Assembly: GCA_964016885.1 (NCBI GenBank)
Contig: OZ024742.1
Location: forward strand, 74,276,001 to 74,340,000
From: Eledone cirrhosa
Taxonomy: Eukaryota
Reading direction: 5' to 3'
DNA length: 64,000 bases
Below the pieces are notes generated by a model. The model was given only the letters and a program-made list of their open reading frames with translations. It had not been told where the DNA came from and made no database searches. Made by a program: the position numbers and the translations under genes. Below, in pieces: positions 27,238 through 41,636 of the stretch (its first letter is position 1; each line of letters begins with the position of its first letter).

Positions 27238-27393
27238 AGACTATATATATGTATTTATATCTGTACTTTTGACCGTTGGTCAATCAATGATAAACATTGA
27301 TGGCCAAATGAATTAACTATTGAGATATAAAAGATACAGAAGCGAAGTGTTATTATTTCTGGCAATATTATTACAACAATATTTCCTCCCCAA

Positions 27394-27454
<61 letters not shown>

Positions 27455-27493
27455 GGGGGGGGGGGTGTATGTACATATATATATATATATATA

Positions 27494-27671
27494 TAAATGT
27501 AATCTGAGTTTTCCGAATATAAATAATAACATTCAATTCGTTTGCAATTATGCAAACAAGCCTCAATTTTATAGCCATGTCAGTAGAATGAACACTTCAT
27601 TCTTGTTCTTGTGTTGGCATGCGAACGAATCGCCCGTTATTATTAATATTCGAAAAACTCAGATTACATTT
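27494..27671. mobile_element. MITE-like inverted-repeat element next to (TA)n
   Basis: AAATGTAATCTGAGTTTTCCGAATAT versus ATATTCGAAAAACTCAGATTACATTT. Confidence 0.55.
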
Positions 27672-27696
27672 ACTGTATTCAGCCATGTAGAGCTTA

Positions 27697-27769
<73 letters not shown>

Positions 27770-28248
27770 CATATATATATATATTACTCACACCTACAAA
27801 TCACATTACTTTTTATTAATGGCGTATATACCATTACTTCATAGGTTTTGTGAATATTTTTTGCTATTTGAAATGGACACATTTGGTTCCACAAAAAAAA
27901 CAGAATAAAACAAAAAGCAAAAATGAAATAGCAAATGGATTTAAAAGAATGACAGCTTAACCAAGATCATTTGTTATTAAACACGTTGTTAATTGCTGCT
28001 TAGATGATCGAGTAAACCTATGATGGAAGGCATTTCGGCCCCTAACACTCCATTTATTAGCGGTCTATCTAGAACTATATTATGCAATGTGACATTTCCT
28101 TATTTGAGATTTGGGTGCTATTTCCTGTAGGTAATAGGGGCTCCATCATTGACTCAAGGTTGATTTTTGTAAACATATAGTATGACTATACACACATATA
28201 TATACACATACGCATACAACACGCACAAACACACATACATACACAAAC

Positions 28249-28373
<125 letters not shown>

Positions 28374-28559
28374 ACACACACACACATATATTTGCATATG
28401 TACTTTCAATGGTTTTCCATTTGAGTTGTTAAGTAAAAATGTCTCTTTCTAAAATATACTTTGAGTAAAACCCCGGGATAAATCATTCATATAATTTTGA
28501 AAGCACAGGTTGGAATGGTTTAGAATGAAAATTATATCATACAGGTATATTAGTTGTAA

Positions 28560-29990
28560 TTGTAATTATGCCAGCGTTTACCTAAGTTCGCTCGAGCCAG
28601 ATGCAACAAGTAGATCCACAGCATATCGATCACACGCCGATCACGCTCGAATGTAGAACGTCAAGCAGTCACAATTCCAATGGCGCACATCATATATGAG
28701 AGCCAGATACCAATTGAAGATCTGATTTAATAGTTTTTGTCTATGTTTTCAGCTGTCTATCCTACCATTAACGCCATCCCGAGATGTTTTTAACGCGGCA
28801 GCGTCGCGGATGAGTTCACCTCGTGAACGACGGAACACATGACCAGACTAAACAGGGGCACCTTTAGAGCAGGGGGTTATTAAGGGACTCAATATGGCAA
28901 CAACGACTAACTTTTGTTTGACAAAAAATCCAAATCACGAATACAGAGGTTTCGAAGAAGGCAAAGGCGGAACACTAAAATCTTGGACAAGGTCCGCCGT
29001 TTTCATTAGTAACATATCACAGCCACAAAGTTCGATGGTGTGAACGATCGCTCGGTAGATTCGAATTTTTGTGACTAGATGAATCTCCATCTTAAACCCA
29101 AACCGGATTCGAAGACGACAGGATGCAGTATGTGCCCAGCACTTTGTGATGCGATGGAATATTGTTTGTGTTACGTTCTCAATATCATCCATTAACAGTT
29201 CCACAGGGAGTCTATCTGACTCAGGCGCTTTACCAGTGTTAATCTAGTTGATAGCCAGTTTTACTTCATCATAAGCCGGCAAACGATCCATTCTGGAATC
29301 CACAGTACATTGAGGAATGTTATCTATCACATCATGATCAACTAACGATGGATTATCAAATAAATCAGTGAAGTGCTATTGCTAGCGTTTCAGGATTTCC
29401 TCCGGTTCCGCAATGAAAGCAGTGTTGCCTTTGGACCTCATAGGAACAATAGACGAAGTTGTTGAGTCATTCGCGCAAAAGATCACAGAACAATTTTGAA
29501 TCCTTTGCGTTATAAGCGCTTTGAATGTCTGAAGAGATCCTTAAACGTCAATCATTTTAAAGCCTTCTCAGTTCAGGCTGTAAGGTAGTTTTACATTTTC
29601 AATAATAGGTTGGTTTGCCGGGCACTCTCCCAGAACCTTTTCTTGAAGAGCATGCTTTCTTTTCAGTAGCTGACTGATAGCTTGATCATTACCATTAAAG
29701 AAGACATTATGTTTTTTTTTTCACTCTGAATCCAAGATCTTCTGTTCCTGCTGCGTACACATGATCCCCAAAGGTTTCCCACATTCCATAGAAATCAAGA
29801 CTATCAATTCTTTTATTTAAAGCTTCCCATACATCTGCCTCTTTTAGCTTTCAAAATCAATACGCTTCAGTGTTTTGATCCCACACATACGAGTCTTTTT
29901 TCGAACATATAACTTAAACTTGCCTGTACCATCTTATGGTCTGCATTCTGCATTATGCATGACGCGCAAATTACAAACATCACTCAAGTC
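28560..29990 (-). pseudogene. Degraded, internally deleted RTE-clade LINE
   Basis: QHFTDLFDNPSLVDHDVIDNIPQ..YDEVKLAIN and TKIRIYRAIV motifs; many stops. Confidence 0.6.
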
Positions 29991-30051
29991 GCATCAAGTC
30001 GCATCGGTTTAATATGAAATCAATCATGTAGACATTTTTTGATCTTCGGAG

Positions 30052-30187
30052 AACCAAATGAGGTTTATTTTTCAACATACTTCCCGGAAAGAAACAATGC
30101 AGTTATTAATAAGAATAATTAAAATTAATGCATGTAATATTTAACAGCTCTAGCATCACTCCTTCATAATCAGCCTATGAACTTTTT
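30052..30187. mobile_element. Partial mariner-type MITE of the 49823 family
   Basis: Homologous to the right part of 49823-50020 including CAGCCTATGAACTTTT. Confidence 0.7.
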
Positions 30188-30479
30188 AAAGCTTTTAATC
30201 ATCATTTTGAGGAACAGACAAATAGGTAGATAGACAATTACAGAGGCAGATAAATACACAAACTGATAAATATACACGCAGAAATAGACAAATAGACAGG
30301 CATACACATATATGGTAAAAAATCAAACAGACAGAATAATAGAGAGGCATGCAGACAGATAGACAGATAGACATATTAGCTGACAGATACGTTAGTCTAT
30401 TGAGAGGCGGACAAACAGGAAGAGAGAAGCATCGACAGTCAGAAAAACAAGCATACAATACACAAATAAGATATACAAA

Positions 30480-32762
30480 CCGACAAACGTATAGACATAT
30501 AGACAGACATACAGACATATAGACATGTAGACATATAGACATATAGACATATAGACAGACATATAGACATATAGACAGACATATAGACATATAGACATAT
30601 AGACATATAGACATATAGACAGACATACAGACATATAGACATATAGACATATAGACATACAGACAGACATACAGACATATAGACATATAGACAGACATAC
30701 AGACATACAGACATACAGACATATAGACAGACATATAGACAGACATACAGACATACAGACATATAGACAGACATATAGACAGACATACAGACATACAGAC
30801 ATATAGACATATAGACAGACATATAGACATATAGACAGACATATAGACATATAGACATATAAACAGACATATAGACAGACATATAGACAGACATATAGAC
30901 ATATAGACAGACATATAGACATACAGACATATAGACAGACATATAGACATATAGACAGACATACAGACATATAGACATATAGACATATAGACAGACATAT
31001 AGACATATAGACAGACATATAGACATATAGACATATAGACATATAGACATATAGACAGACATATAGACATATAGACATATAGACATATAAACAGACATAT
31101 AGACAGACATATAGACAGACATATAGACATACAGACAGACATACAGACATATAGACAGACATACAGACATATAGACAGACATATAAACATATAGACAGAC
31201 ATACAGACATATAGACATATAGACATATAGACATACAGACATATAGACATATAGACATATAGACATATAGACATATAGACAGCTAGAGAGACATATAGAC
31301 AGACAGGTAGATATACAGACACATAGACAGACAGGTAGATATATACATATATATATAGAGACAGGTAGATATATAGACAGACAGGTAGATATACAGACAC
31401 CTAGACAGACAGGTAGATATATAGACATATAAACATATAGACAGACAGGTAGATATATAGACATATAGACAGACAGGTAGATATATATATATATAGACAG
31501 ACAGGTAGATATATATACATATAGACAGACAGGTAGATATATAGACATATAGACAGACATATAGACAGACATATAGACAGACATATAGACATACAGACAG
31601 ACAGACATACAGACAGACATATAGACAGACATACAGACATATAGACAGACATATAGACATATAGACAGACATATAGACATATAGACAGACATAAAGACAT
31701 ATAGACATATAGACATATAGACAGACATATAGACATATAGACAGACATATAGACATATAGACATATAGACATATAGACATATAGACAGACATATAGACAT
31801 ATAGACATATAGACATATAAACAGACATATAGACAGACATATAGACATACAGACAGACAGACATACAGACAGACATATAGACAGACATACAGACATATAG
31901 ACAGACATATAGACATATAGACAGATATACAGACATATAGACATATAGACATATAGACATACAGACAGACATACAGACATATAGACATATAGACATATAG
32001 ACATACAGACATATAGACATATAGACATACATATAGACATATAGACATATAGACAGACATACAGACATATAGACAGACATACAGACATATAGACATATAG
32101 ACATATAGACATATAGACAGACATACAGACATATAGACAGACATACAGACATATAGACATATAGACATATAGACATACAGACAGACATACAGACATATAG
32201 ACATATAGACATATAGACATACAGACATATAGACATATAGACAGACATACAGACATATAGACATATAGACAGACATATAGACAGACATACAGACATATAG
32301 ACATACAGACAGACATATAGACATATAGACATATAGACATATAGACAGCTAGAGAGACATATAGACAGTCAGGTAGATATACAGACACCTAGACAGACAG
32401 GTAGATATATAGACATATAGACATATAGACAGACAGGTAGATATATAGACATATAGACAGACAGGTAGATATATATATATATAGACAGACAGGTAGATAT
32501 ATATACATATAGACAGACAGGTAGATATATAGACATATAGACAGACAGGTAGATATATATATATAGATAGACAGGTAGATATATATACATATAGACAGAC
32601 AGGTAGATATAGATATATATATATAGACAGACAGGTAGATATATAGATAGACAGGTAGAGATATATATATATATATAGACAGACACGTAGATATATATAT
32701 ATAGACAGACAGGTAGATATATAGACAGACAGGTAGATATATATATATATAGACAGACAGGT

Positions 32763-32829
<67 letters not shown>

Positions 32830-33108
32830 GACAGGTAGATATATATATATATAGACAGACAGGTAGATATATATACATATAGACAGACAGGTAGATATAT
32901 AGACATATAGACAGACAGGTAGATATATAGACAGACAGGTAGATATGTAGACAGACAGGTAGATATATATATATAGACAGACAGGTAGATATATATATAT
33001 AGACAGACAGGTAGATATATATATATAGACAGACAGGTAGATATATATATATAGATAGACAGGTAGATATATATATATATACAGACAGGTAGATATATAG
33101 ACATATAT
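30480..33108. repeat. Compound satellite: (AGACATAT/AGAC)n grading into AGACAGACAGGTAG(AT)n units
   Basis: Direct inspection. Confidence 0.95.
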
Positions 33109-35429
33109 GTTTCTTTTATTTGCCACTAGGGCATCAAAAGTGGGACAAGTACAAAGGGGGGAGTTTACACAAAAAGGCGTCCTCAATAAGGAGGAGGCAA
33201 TAACAAAATATAAAAATAAAATAAGATATAACAAAAAATAAAATTTTTAACAAAATCCTCAATAGAGAGGAGGCGCCTTGGGGGGTCGCACACACCCCCG
33301 AAAAAAGTGTGCAACCCTTCTCCTCAGGAGCACAGAGAAGGGGTGCTCCCTTGGTCTTTCATCTTCCTCACCTATAGTCTGATGTAGAGTGAAGGCCCAT
33401 TCACACGGGCCATTCTCGCCACTTTCACCCATCTTTCATAGAAACGGCTGGGGTGCAGCACCTCTCTCTCCATCCTGATCCTTCTTCCGAAATGATATCG
33501 GAAGAAACGGACCAGTTGTTGGCCAGAGAGAAAGGTGCCCGACCTCAGTCCTTTCAGACGCGTCCACCATACAACCTCTTTCGCCAACGCTATTACGCAC
33601 AGAAACACCGCCTCTGCTTCATCTTTGAAGGGGGGAGGCGGCTTGATCATTACAATAGACTCGGTGGTCAACCGGATCGGTCCCACCCTTGACAGCAGTT
33701 GTTCGACATAGCCCCACAGATCGGCTACGCCCGAGCAGTGTACTAATGCGTGTGCAACGGTTTCCTCGTCGCACACGCATCTGGGACAGATCTTTTTGGC
33801 GGGGTCCCTACCCGGGCGCCCGTGTCTGTAGAGCCTTTCTCGAACGGGTAAAGCCCCTCGGTAGCACTGCCAGGCCAGGGACTTCTGGAAGTTGTCCATA
33901 GGTCCCGGGCTGAATGTCCTACCGAACAGGCTGGCCAGTTCGTCCTCCTCCATGTCTAGGGCTTCTCCGAGGGCGTCGTCGCACCTGCTGCGTACCAGCC
34001 CTCTATAGAATGTTGCGGTGGAGTCTCCACTGATAACCGGATCCGCCTGCCAGAGGGCGGTGAGCGCCTGGGCACACTCAGTGTGCCAGGCGCCCAGTTT
34101 TCTCGGTCTTTGCTTGACCCAGGATTGCAGCTCGGTGAGTGAGACGAGTCTGGGAAAGGTTCGTCTCACAAACGAGGCCCACACCGGTTGTCCGGTGAGG
34201 AATACGTAGAGGTGCCGTAGCCTTAATGCGTGTTTACGCATCATTAGCCACGGCATCCCCAGCCCTCCTTTCGAAGGGTGTTGACAGCAGATGGATCTCC
34301 TCACCATAGGAGCCCGCCTCTTCCAAAGGAATTGGAAGAGCGCGCGCTCCATCTTGGTGAGGGTTTCCCTTGGGCAGGGCACTACGGTCAGGCGGTAGTA
34401 GATGACGGACGCTATGTAGGTGTTCGCCACCTCCGCCCGACCTTTCAGGGATAGTTTGCAACTGGCCCACTTCTGGGTCAGTGCAAACACCCTGTTCGTA
34501 ACCTCCGCCCAGCTTTTCTCCACCTGGAGGTCCGGTCCGAACCAGACCCCGAGCAACTTCACCGGGCCCTCCGTCCAGCATCCGACGACGCTATCGGAGG
34601 GCATCGGTCTGCCCCTCCACGTGCCGAGTTGCAAACCGATCGACTTGTCCCGGTTCAGCTTAGCCCCTGTGAACTTTTCGTACTCCTCCAGTAAGGTGCC
34701 GACCGCCTCGATTTCGGAGGCCGTCGACACCATTACTGTCACGTCATCGGCGTAGGCCGACACCGCTTTCCGCAATCCCGGTTCCAAAGGGATGCCCTGC
34801 AACAACTCCAACTTCCGCAGTAGTGGCTCGAGAGTCAACACATACAGAAGGGAGGAGAGAGGGCACCCTTGTCGGATGGACCGCGCGATTTTGAACGGCT
34901 CCGAGAGGTAGCCGTTCACCTTGACCCTAGAGCAGATGCGGCTGCTGTCCATAGCAGTGATCCAGCCCCTGAAAACGCGTCCGAAGCCTGCCGCCGCTAG
35001 CACCGCATCCAGGTAACCATGGTCGACCCTATCGAACGCCTTAGATTGATCCAAGTTGATCAGAGCCCCACCAAAGCCGGGTTCGTTCCCAACCCTCTCT
35101 ATGATGTATCGCATGAGGTGGAGGTTGTCATGGATGGACCTGGACGGGATAGCGCATGTCTGCGCATCTCCCACCAGGTTGCCCACGACAAGCGCCAACC
35201 TCTTTGCTAGCACCTTGGCCAAAATCTGTAACTCTGTATTTGGCAGTGTTATGGGCCTGAAGTTACTTATTTCGGCCCCCTTGTTCTCGTCCTTCCTCAC
35301 TAGCGTGACTACGCCCTTGGTCACAGTACAGGGAATTCTCCCGTTCTGTTGCCAGTTGCAGTAGACCGCCTCGAGGAGATCGGGGAACAAGTCCGGCATA
35401 GCTAGATATAATTCGTAAGGAAGACCATC
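33109..35429 (-). mobile_element. 5'-truncated Tx1/L1-clade LINE (ORF2 3' part plus 3' UTR)
   Basis: GC-rich block in the satellite; 3' UTR ends GTGGCAAATAAAAGAAAC at an ATAT site. Confidence 0.9.
33372..35429 (-). CDS. Tx1-like ORF2 fragment, about 685 aa uninterrupted: RT plus C-terminal CCHC (zf-RVT-like)
   Basis: DGLPYELY, NFRPITL, LDQSKAFDRVDH, IRQGCPLS, AYADDV (34743-34754), GGLGMP, CPRC..EETVAHALVHC; the N-terminal 73 aa of the listed ORF are satellite. Confidence 0.9.
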   Translation of the reverse strand, partial: DGLPYELYLAMPDLFPDLLEAVYCNWQQNGRIPCTVTKGVVTLVRKDENKGAEISNFRPITLPNTELQILAKVLAKRLALVVGNLVGDAQTCAIPSRSIHDNLHLMRYIIERVGNEPGFGGALINLDQSKAFDRVDHGYLDAVLAAAGFGRVFRGWITAMDSSRICSRVKVNGYLSEPFKIARSIRQGCPLSSLLYVLTLEPLLRKLELLQGIPLEPGLRKAVSAYADDVTVMVSTASEIEAVGTLLEEYEKFTGAKLNRDKSIGLQLGTWRGRPMPSDSVVGCWTEGPVKLLGVWFGPDLQVEKSWAEVTNRVFALTQKWASCKLSLKGRAEVANTYIASVIYYRLTVVPCPRETLTKMERALFQFLWKRRAPMVRRSICCQHPSKGGLGMPWLMMRKHALRLRHLYVFLTGQPVWASFVRRTFPRLVSLTELQSWVKQRPRKLGAWHTECAQALTALWQADPVISGDSTATFYRGLVRSRCDDALGEALDMEEDELASLFGRTFSPGPMDNFQKSLAWQCYRGALPVRERLYRHGRPGRDPAKKICPRCVCDEETVAHALVHCSGVADLWGYVEQLLSRVGPIRLTTESIVMIKPPPPFKDEAEAVFLCVIALAKEVVWWTRLKGLRSGTFLSGQQLVRFFRYHFGRRIRMEREVLHPSRFYERWVKVARMARVNGPSLYIRL

Positions 35430-38017
35430 GATATATAGACAGACAGGTAGATATATAGACAGACAGGTAGATATATAGACAGACAGGTAGATATATATAT
35501 ATATATAGACAGACAGGTAGATATATAGACAGACAGGTAGATATATATATATATAGACAGACAGGTAGATATATAGACAGACAGGTAGATATATATATAT
35601 ATAGACAGACAGGTAGATATATAGACAGACAGGTAGATATATAGACATATAGACAGACAGGTAGATATATATATATATAGACAGACAGGTATATATATAT
35701 ATATAGACAGACAGGTAGATATATATATATATACAGACAGGTAGATATATATATATAGACAGACAGGTAGATATATAGACATATAGACAGACAGGTAGTT
35801 ATATATATATATAGACAGACAGGTAGTTATATATATATATAGACAGACAGGTAGATATATATATATATATATAGACAGACAGGTAGTTATATATATATAT
35901 AGACAGACAGGTAGTTATATATATATATAGACAGACAGGTAGATATATATATATATATATAGACAGACAGGTAGATACATATATATAGACAGACAGGTAG
36001 ATATATATATATATAGACACACAGGTAGATATATAGACAGACAGGTAGATATATATATATAGACAGACAGGTAGATATATATATAGACAGACAGGTAGAT
36101 ATATATATATAGACAGACAGGTAGATATATATATATATAGACAGACAGGTAGATATATATATATATACAGACAGGTAGATATATAGACATATAGACAGAC
36201 AGGTAGATATATATATATATATATATATATAGACAGACAGGTAGATATATATATATATATATATATATAGACAGACAGGTAGATATATAGACATATAGAC
36301 AGACAGGTAGATATATATATATATAGACAGACAGGTAGATATATAGACATATAGACAGACAGGTAGTTATATATATATATAGACAGACAGGTAGATATAT
36401 AGACATATAGACAGACAGGTAGATATATATATATATAGACAGACAGGTAGTTATATATATATAGACAGACAGGTAGATATATATATATATAGACAGACAG
36501 GTAGATATATATATATATATAGACAGACAGGTAGTTATATATATATAGACAGACAGGTAGATATATATATATATAGACAGACAGGTAGATATATATATAT
36601 AGACAGACAGGTAGATATATAGACAGACAGGTAGATATATATATATATATAGACAGACAGGTAGATATATAGACAGACAGGTAGATATATATATATAGAC
36701 TGACAGGTAGATATATATATATATATATAGACAGACAGGTAGATATATAGACAGACAGGTAGATATATATAGACAGACAGGTAGATATATATAGACAGAC
36801 AGGTAGATATATAGACAGACAGGTAGATATATAGACATATAGACAGACAGGTAGATATATAGACATATAGACAGACAGGTAGATATATATATATATAGAC
36901 AGACAGGTAGATATATAGACAGACAGGTAGATATATATATATAGACTGACAGGTAGATATATATATATATATATAGACAGACAGGTAGATATATAGACAG
37001 ACAGGTAGATATATATAGACAGACAGGTAGATATATATAGACAGACAGGTAGATATATAGACAGACAGGTAGATATATAGACATATAGACAGACAGGTAG
37101 ATATATAGACATATAGACAGACAGGTAGATATATATATATATAGACAGACAGGTAGATATATAGACAGACAGGTAGATATATATATATAGACTGACAGGT
37201 AGATATATATATATATATATAGACAGACAGGTAGATATATAGACAGACAGGTAGATATATATAGACAGACAGGTAGATATATATAGACAGACAGGTAGAT
37301 ATATAGACAGACAGGTAGATATATAGACATATAGACAGACAGGTAGATATATAGACATATAGACAGACAGGTAGATATATATATATATAGACAGACAGGT
37401 AGATATATAGACAGACAGGTAGATATATATATATAGACTGACAGGTAGATATATATATATATATATAGACAGACAGGTAGATATATAGACAGACAGGTAG
37501 ATATATAGACAGACAGGTAGATATATAGACATATAGACAGACAGGTAGATATATATATATATAGACAGACAGGTAGATATATATATATAGACAGACAGGT
37601 AGATATATATATATATATATATATAGACAGACAGGTAGATATATATATATATAGACAGACAGGTAGATATATATATATAGACAGACAGGTAGATATATAG
37701 ACATATAGACAGACAGGTAGTTATATATATATATAGACAGACAGGTAGATATATATATATATAGACAGACAGGTAGATATATATATATAGACAGACAGGT
37801 AGATATATAGACATATAGACAGACAGGTAGATATATATATATATAGACAGATAGGTAGATATATAGACAGACAGGTAGATATATAGACATATAGACAGAC
37901 AGGTAGATATATATATATAGACAGACAGGTAGATATATGTAGACAGACAGGTAGATATACATACATATAGACAGACAGGTAGATATACAGACATATACAC
38001 ACACAGGTAGATATATA
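35430..38017. repeat. AGACAGACAGGTAG(AT)n satellite with a 246-bp higher-order repeat
   Basis: The variant ACTGACAGG recurs with its T at 36701, 36947, 37193 and 37439. Confidence 0.95.
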
Positions 38018-38085
38018 GATAAATTTCTTTATTAGCCACAAGGGCACAAAAGAAGGGGACAAATACAAATGAGGAGTTTACATAC
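38018..38085 (-). mobile_element. Tiny 3'-end remnant of the Tx1-like family
   Basis: TTTCTTTTATTAGCCACAAGGGCAC..GGGACAAATACAAA..GGAGTTTACA resembles 33110-33168. Confidence 0.75.
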
Positions 38086-38529
38086 AGGTATATAAAAAAA
38101 AAAAAAGGTAGATAAACAGACATATGGACAGACAGTCAGGTACATATATAGAGAATTAAATTGACAGAGACACAGACAGTGGAATTTATTAACAGTGTTA
38201 GACAGATATATGTATTCTTCGCTGAAGAGTTATAAGATAGAAATAATTCTGTTGCTTTCCTTGGTTTGGCTTAAAGACCATACTGGATTTATGATATTTT
38301 TCAAAAGTTCAACCAGTTGATCTTATTGGAATTATATCATTTGTCTGCTGATTAAAAAAACAAAAAATCTGATACACCGCTATAGGTATTCGGTATTCGG
38401 TAACCAAAAGAAGCGGGGTAGGTGTAAAAGTCAAACTCCCTGTTTTCAACTCGGGTTACCTATTCGGGTTACCTAAGGTCGTGAATCTTGGTTAATGACC
38501 GAAAGAATACAATTGCGAATACAAGCGGC

Positions 38530-38872
38530 CGAATTTGGGTTCTCTGAACCCCTTGCCTCTCTGGGTACGGATACATTAAAGCTCCGACGTCTGGCAGCTG
38601 ACTTGGTAGACACCCACAACATTATAAACAATCTTTTCAACAACAATCCTGAACACCTTTTTGAATTCCATACGTCTAACACCTGTGGACATGCTTACAA
38701 AGTCAGAAAACAGTACAGGTCCCATGACTTTCGGAAATATTTTTTCACGCTCCTGAAGAATGGAACAAACTACCTGCATCAGTTGTTAGTTGTCGAGACA
38801 CTGCAGCCTTTAAAACTTCCATACTTCCTGAAATTCGCTAACACTACACCTGATATTACCCCTCCATACACA

Positions 38873-38913
<41 letters not shown>

Positions 38914-39030
38914 CATGACTCATACACTGTTCACTTTCCTGACATTTGTTTATAATTCTGTGTACTATACATGCACCTTCGATGAGTTGTAGTGCACCTG
39001 AGCACTGTACACAATCATTTTCATTACATT
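38530..39030 (+). pseudogene. CR1/L2-clade LINE 3' end
   Basis: LKLRRLAADLVDTHNII..NTCGHAYKVRK..RKYFFT..WNKLP-type C-terminus plus UTR. Confidence 0.75.
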
Positions 39031-39039
39031 ATATTATAG

Positions 39040-39347
39040 AGTACGTAGCTCGGAGATCAGAGAATCGCTGCAGGTAAACCCGCTACGTCTCCGAACTGAG
39101 AGATCACAGCTCCGATATTACGGGCATGTGGTTAGAATGTCTTAGGAAAGAATCACTGGACAGATTCATCCACGAACTCGGCTAGTCACGCTTGGGGATC
39201 CTGTCGAATGAATTGGAGACGATTGCTTCTGACAGGGCCCGCTGTAAGGAGTGTTTGAAGACTCTTCCCCACGACCCTCTCAGGAATAAGTGGGCGAAGA
39301 AGAAGAAGAAGAAGAAGAAGAAGAAGAAGAAGAAGAAGAAGAAGAAG
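39040..39347 (+). mobile_element. RTE-like 3' fragment with (GAA)n tail
   Basis: QLRYYGHVVRM motif followed by (GAA)n. Confidence 0.55.
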
Positions 39348-39419
39348 CTATATGAATTTTATGTCTAATAATTGCATGGATAATTTGTTAATCAAAACAT
39401 TCAATTCACTATATCTCGA

Positions 39420-39497
39420 CACGGCTATGGGCTCGACCCGGCTAGGTGCTCGACCCGGCTATGGGCTCGACCCGGCTATGGGCTCGACCCAGCTAGG
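39420..39497. repeat. About 19-bp minisatellite, roughly 4 units
   Basis: GGCTATGGGCTCGACCC repeated. Confidence 0.8.
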
Positions 39498-39709
39498 TTA
39501 TATATAGGAGAACGGACCGTATTAGACAAAGAAAAAGATAGACAGACTCAGTATTTACTTAGGGTTTTATCCATGTTTTATCGAATGCCCCAAGTATATT
39601 TGAGGTAGATTTAGCTGCTATTTCTAGCAAGTCGAGTGACCGCGCAAAGAATCCTTCGTTGACTGGTAGAAGGTAACTCTACCAAAGGCTGCTGTTATTA
39701 AGAGAGTAA

Positions 39710-39880
39710 ATAATTGTTTCTACTTTTGGCACACGGCCAGCAATTACACAGTTCATTACTGGTACTTTATTTTATCGACCTGGTAAGGATGAAAGGCAAA
39801 GTTAACCTCGACGGGATTTGAACTCAGACCGTAAAGGGACGTAACTATGCTGGAATGCATGGCGTCTGACCCTCTACCGA
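39710..39880 (-). mobile_element. tRNA-derived SINE with Meta-like core
   Basis: Homologous to 5107-5292. Confidence 0.85.
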
Positions 39881-41564
39881 GATGAGATTGCTGCCACTGA
39901 GAATTTAAGTATGCAAATGAGGTTTCCGTTAGTAGGGTGGTAGATATTTAAATGAGGTATCTAGTACAAAGATGTAGGTATGCAAATGACATTTAAACTA
40001 AGTGTGTTAATGAGAATCTTTACACTAATACGAAAGTATACATTCAAATGAGGTATATTCTAATGAGGTAAGAAATGAAGTATGCAAATGAAGCAACTAT
40101 CACTTGGAATTCAAATTGGATTAAGGATTTTAAGATCGGAAGTATCTAACTAAGTATTTAAGGATACAAACAAGACCATCGTTATTAAAAAGTCAATATA
40201 CAAAAATGTCTCTCTTAACTAAGATGATTAATTGAAATAAAACCTGTTAGTGGCTTAGCATATTTGTTATATCCTACTGACCGAAGTAGCTGCGGAACTC
40301 AATACCTTCCTAAATAACCGAGCAGCTCTCAATAGAAATGTATTTTTACCTCCTGGAAGAAACAAGAAAAGGTGTCCTAAATGTTGCCTACTTCATCACA
40401 TTCGGACCAGATAACCCTGACTGGTTGAGATCCCTTACAGCGCTGAGAAATAATATAAAAATACAAGATAGCAACACTCCCTGTCGCTATATGGAAAATA
40501 GGTATTCTCTTGGAATGACAGAGCACACAAACGCACTGTTCTGATTGTATGAGAACTCTACTGCTACAATGAAGCCATTGCTACACTATCAGAAACACGT
40601 TTCGCCGAAGAGAGTCAACTGATTGAAAGCAGTACTGGCTACACCTTCTACCGGGGAGGGTGCAGCAATGGATGTTTTTTGATGGGTTAATCTGAGCTTT
40701 GGCTAGGCCACCTATTCTATCCCCTCCCTTCGCGTGGAACAAGCAGCAGTATGTGCGTAGTATCCCCTCTCCACCTTTACATCGCAAAAACCATCTGTCA
40801 TAGCCCAGCAAGCTGGGACAGTGACAGCGAGATCCTTAGTTAGTAGGTATTAAAGTCGGAGTTTCCTTCCCCTAGTCGGATTATCTAACGAGCCAAATTT
40901 GCTCGGGCTTGGAGTCAGTGGTTCTTCTGTAAAGCTGGTTGCCAACGAAGGTTGACGAGCGCAGTCTGCCCACACGGTTATATCACCGTATATACTGTGG
41001 CGCCATGATTTAGCTACCCCTATTGAAATCGACTAAAAGGTATTGCTACGGACACAGTAATGTAAGATAGGCGGTTTCCATTGTTCTACTAGCAAGTCAG
41101 ACAGTAGCCTGGTGGCGTACATTGCACCAAGAAGGGGGGGGGGGGGCTTTATATTACGCCCACAAAACAGTGGGTTTTAAAATACGGAGTTACTCGTCTC
41201 CTAGATGGTTGTTCTGATTAGAAATAGAACTGGGGATCAATCACTCCCAGTAGACTTAACGTGTGCTTGGCTACCATTTCCAGTACTTTTATGTCTTCGT
41301 GCCGTGACGCTAGATGTCAGTTGACTCACTGCTGGATGTATACGTTCTTCGGCAGGTTTTGGTTTTGTCTTGCCGGGTCCTAGCAATCCACCTCACTATA
41401 CAAACTTAATGGAGTGTTGGTTTAGTGACCAGCAACCTAATCATGCAGCAGGTTGTACCGGATGTCAAGTTACCAGTAACACTAATGAAGTCAATTGAAA
41501 TAATAAAATATGTAGGTTGTTCAGTGAATGGGAGTAAACTATAGAAATCAACCATAACAATACG

Positions 41565-41625
<61 letters not shown>

Positions 41626-41636
41626 AACACCACCAT

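Noticed and set aside
30195-38123. Long 250-774 aa ORFs on the minus strand
   Set aside because: Satellite translations, apart from the Tx1 segment at 33372-35429.
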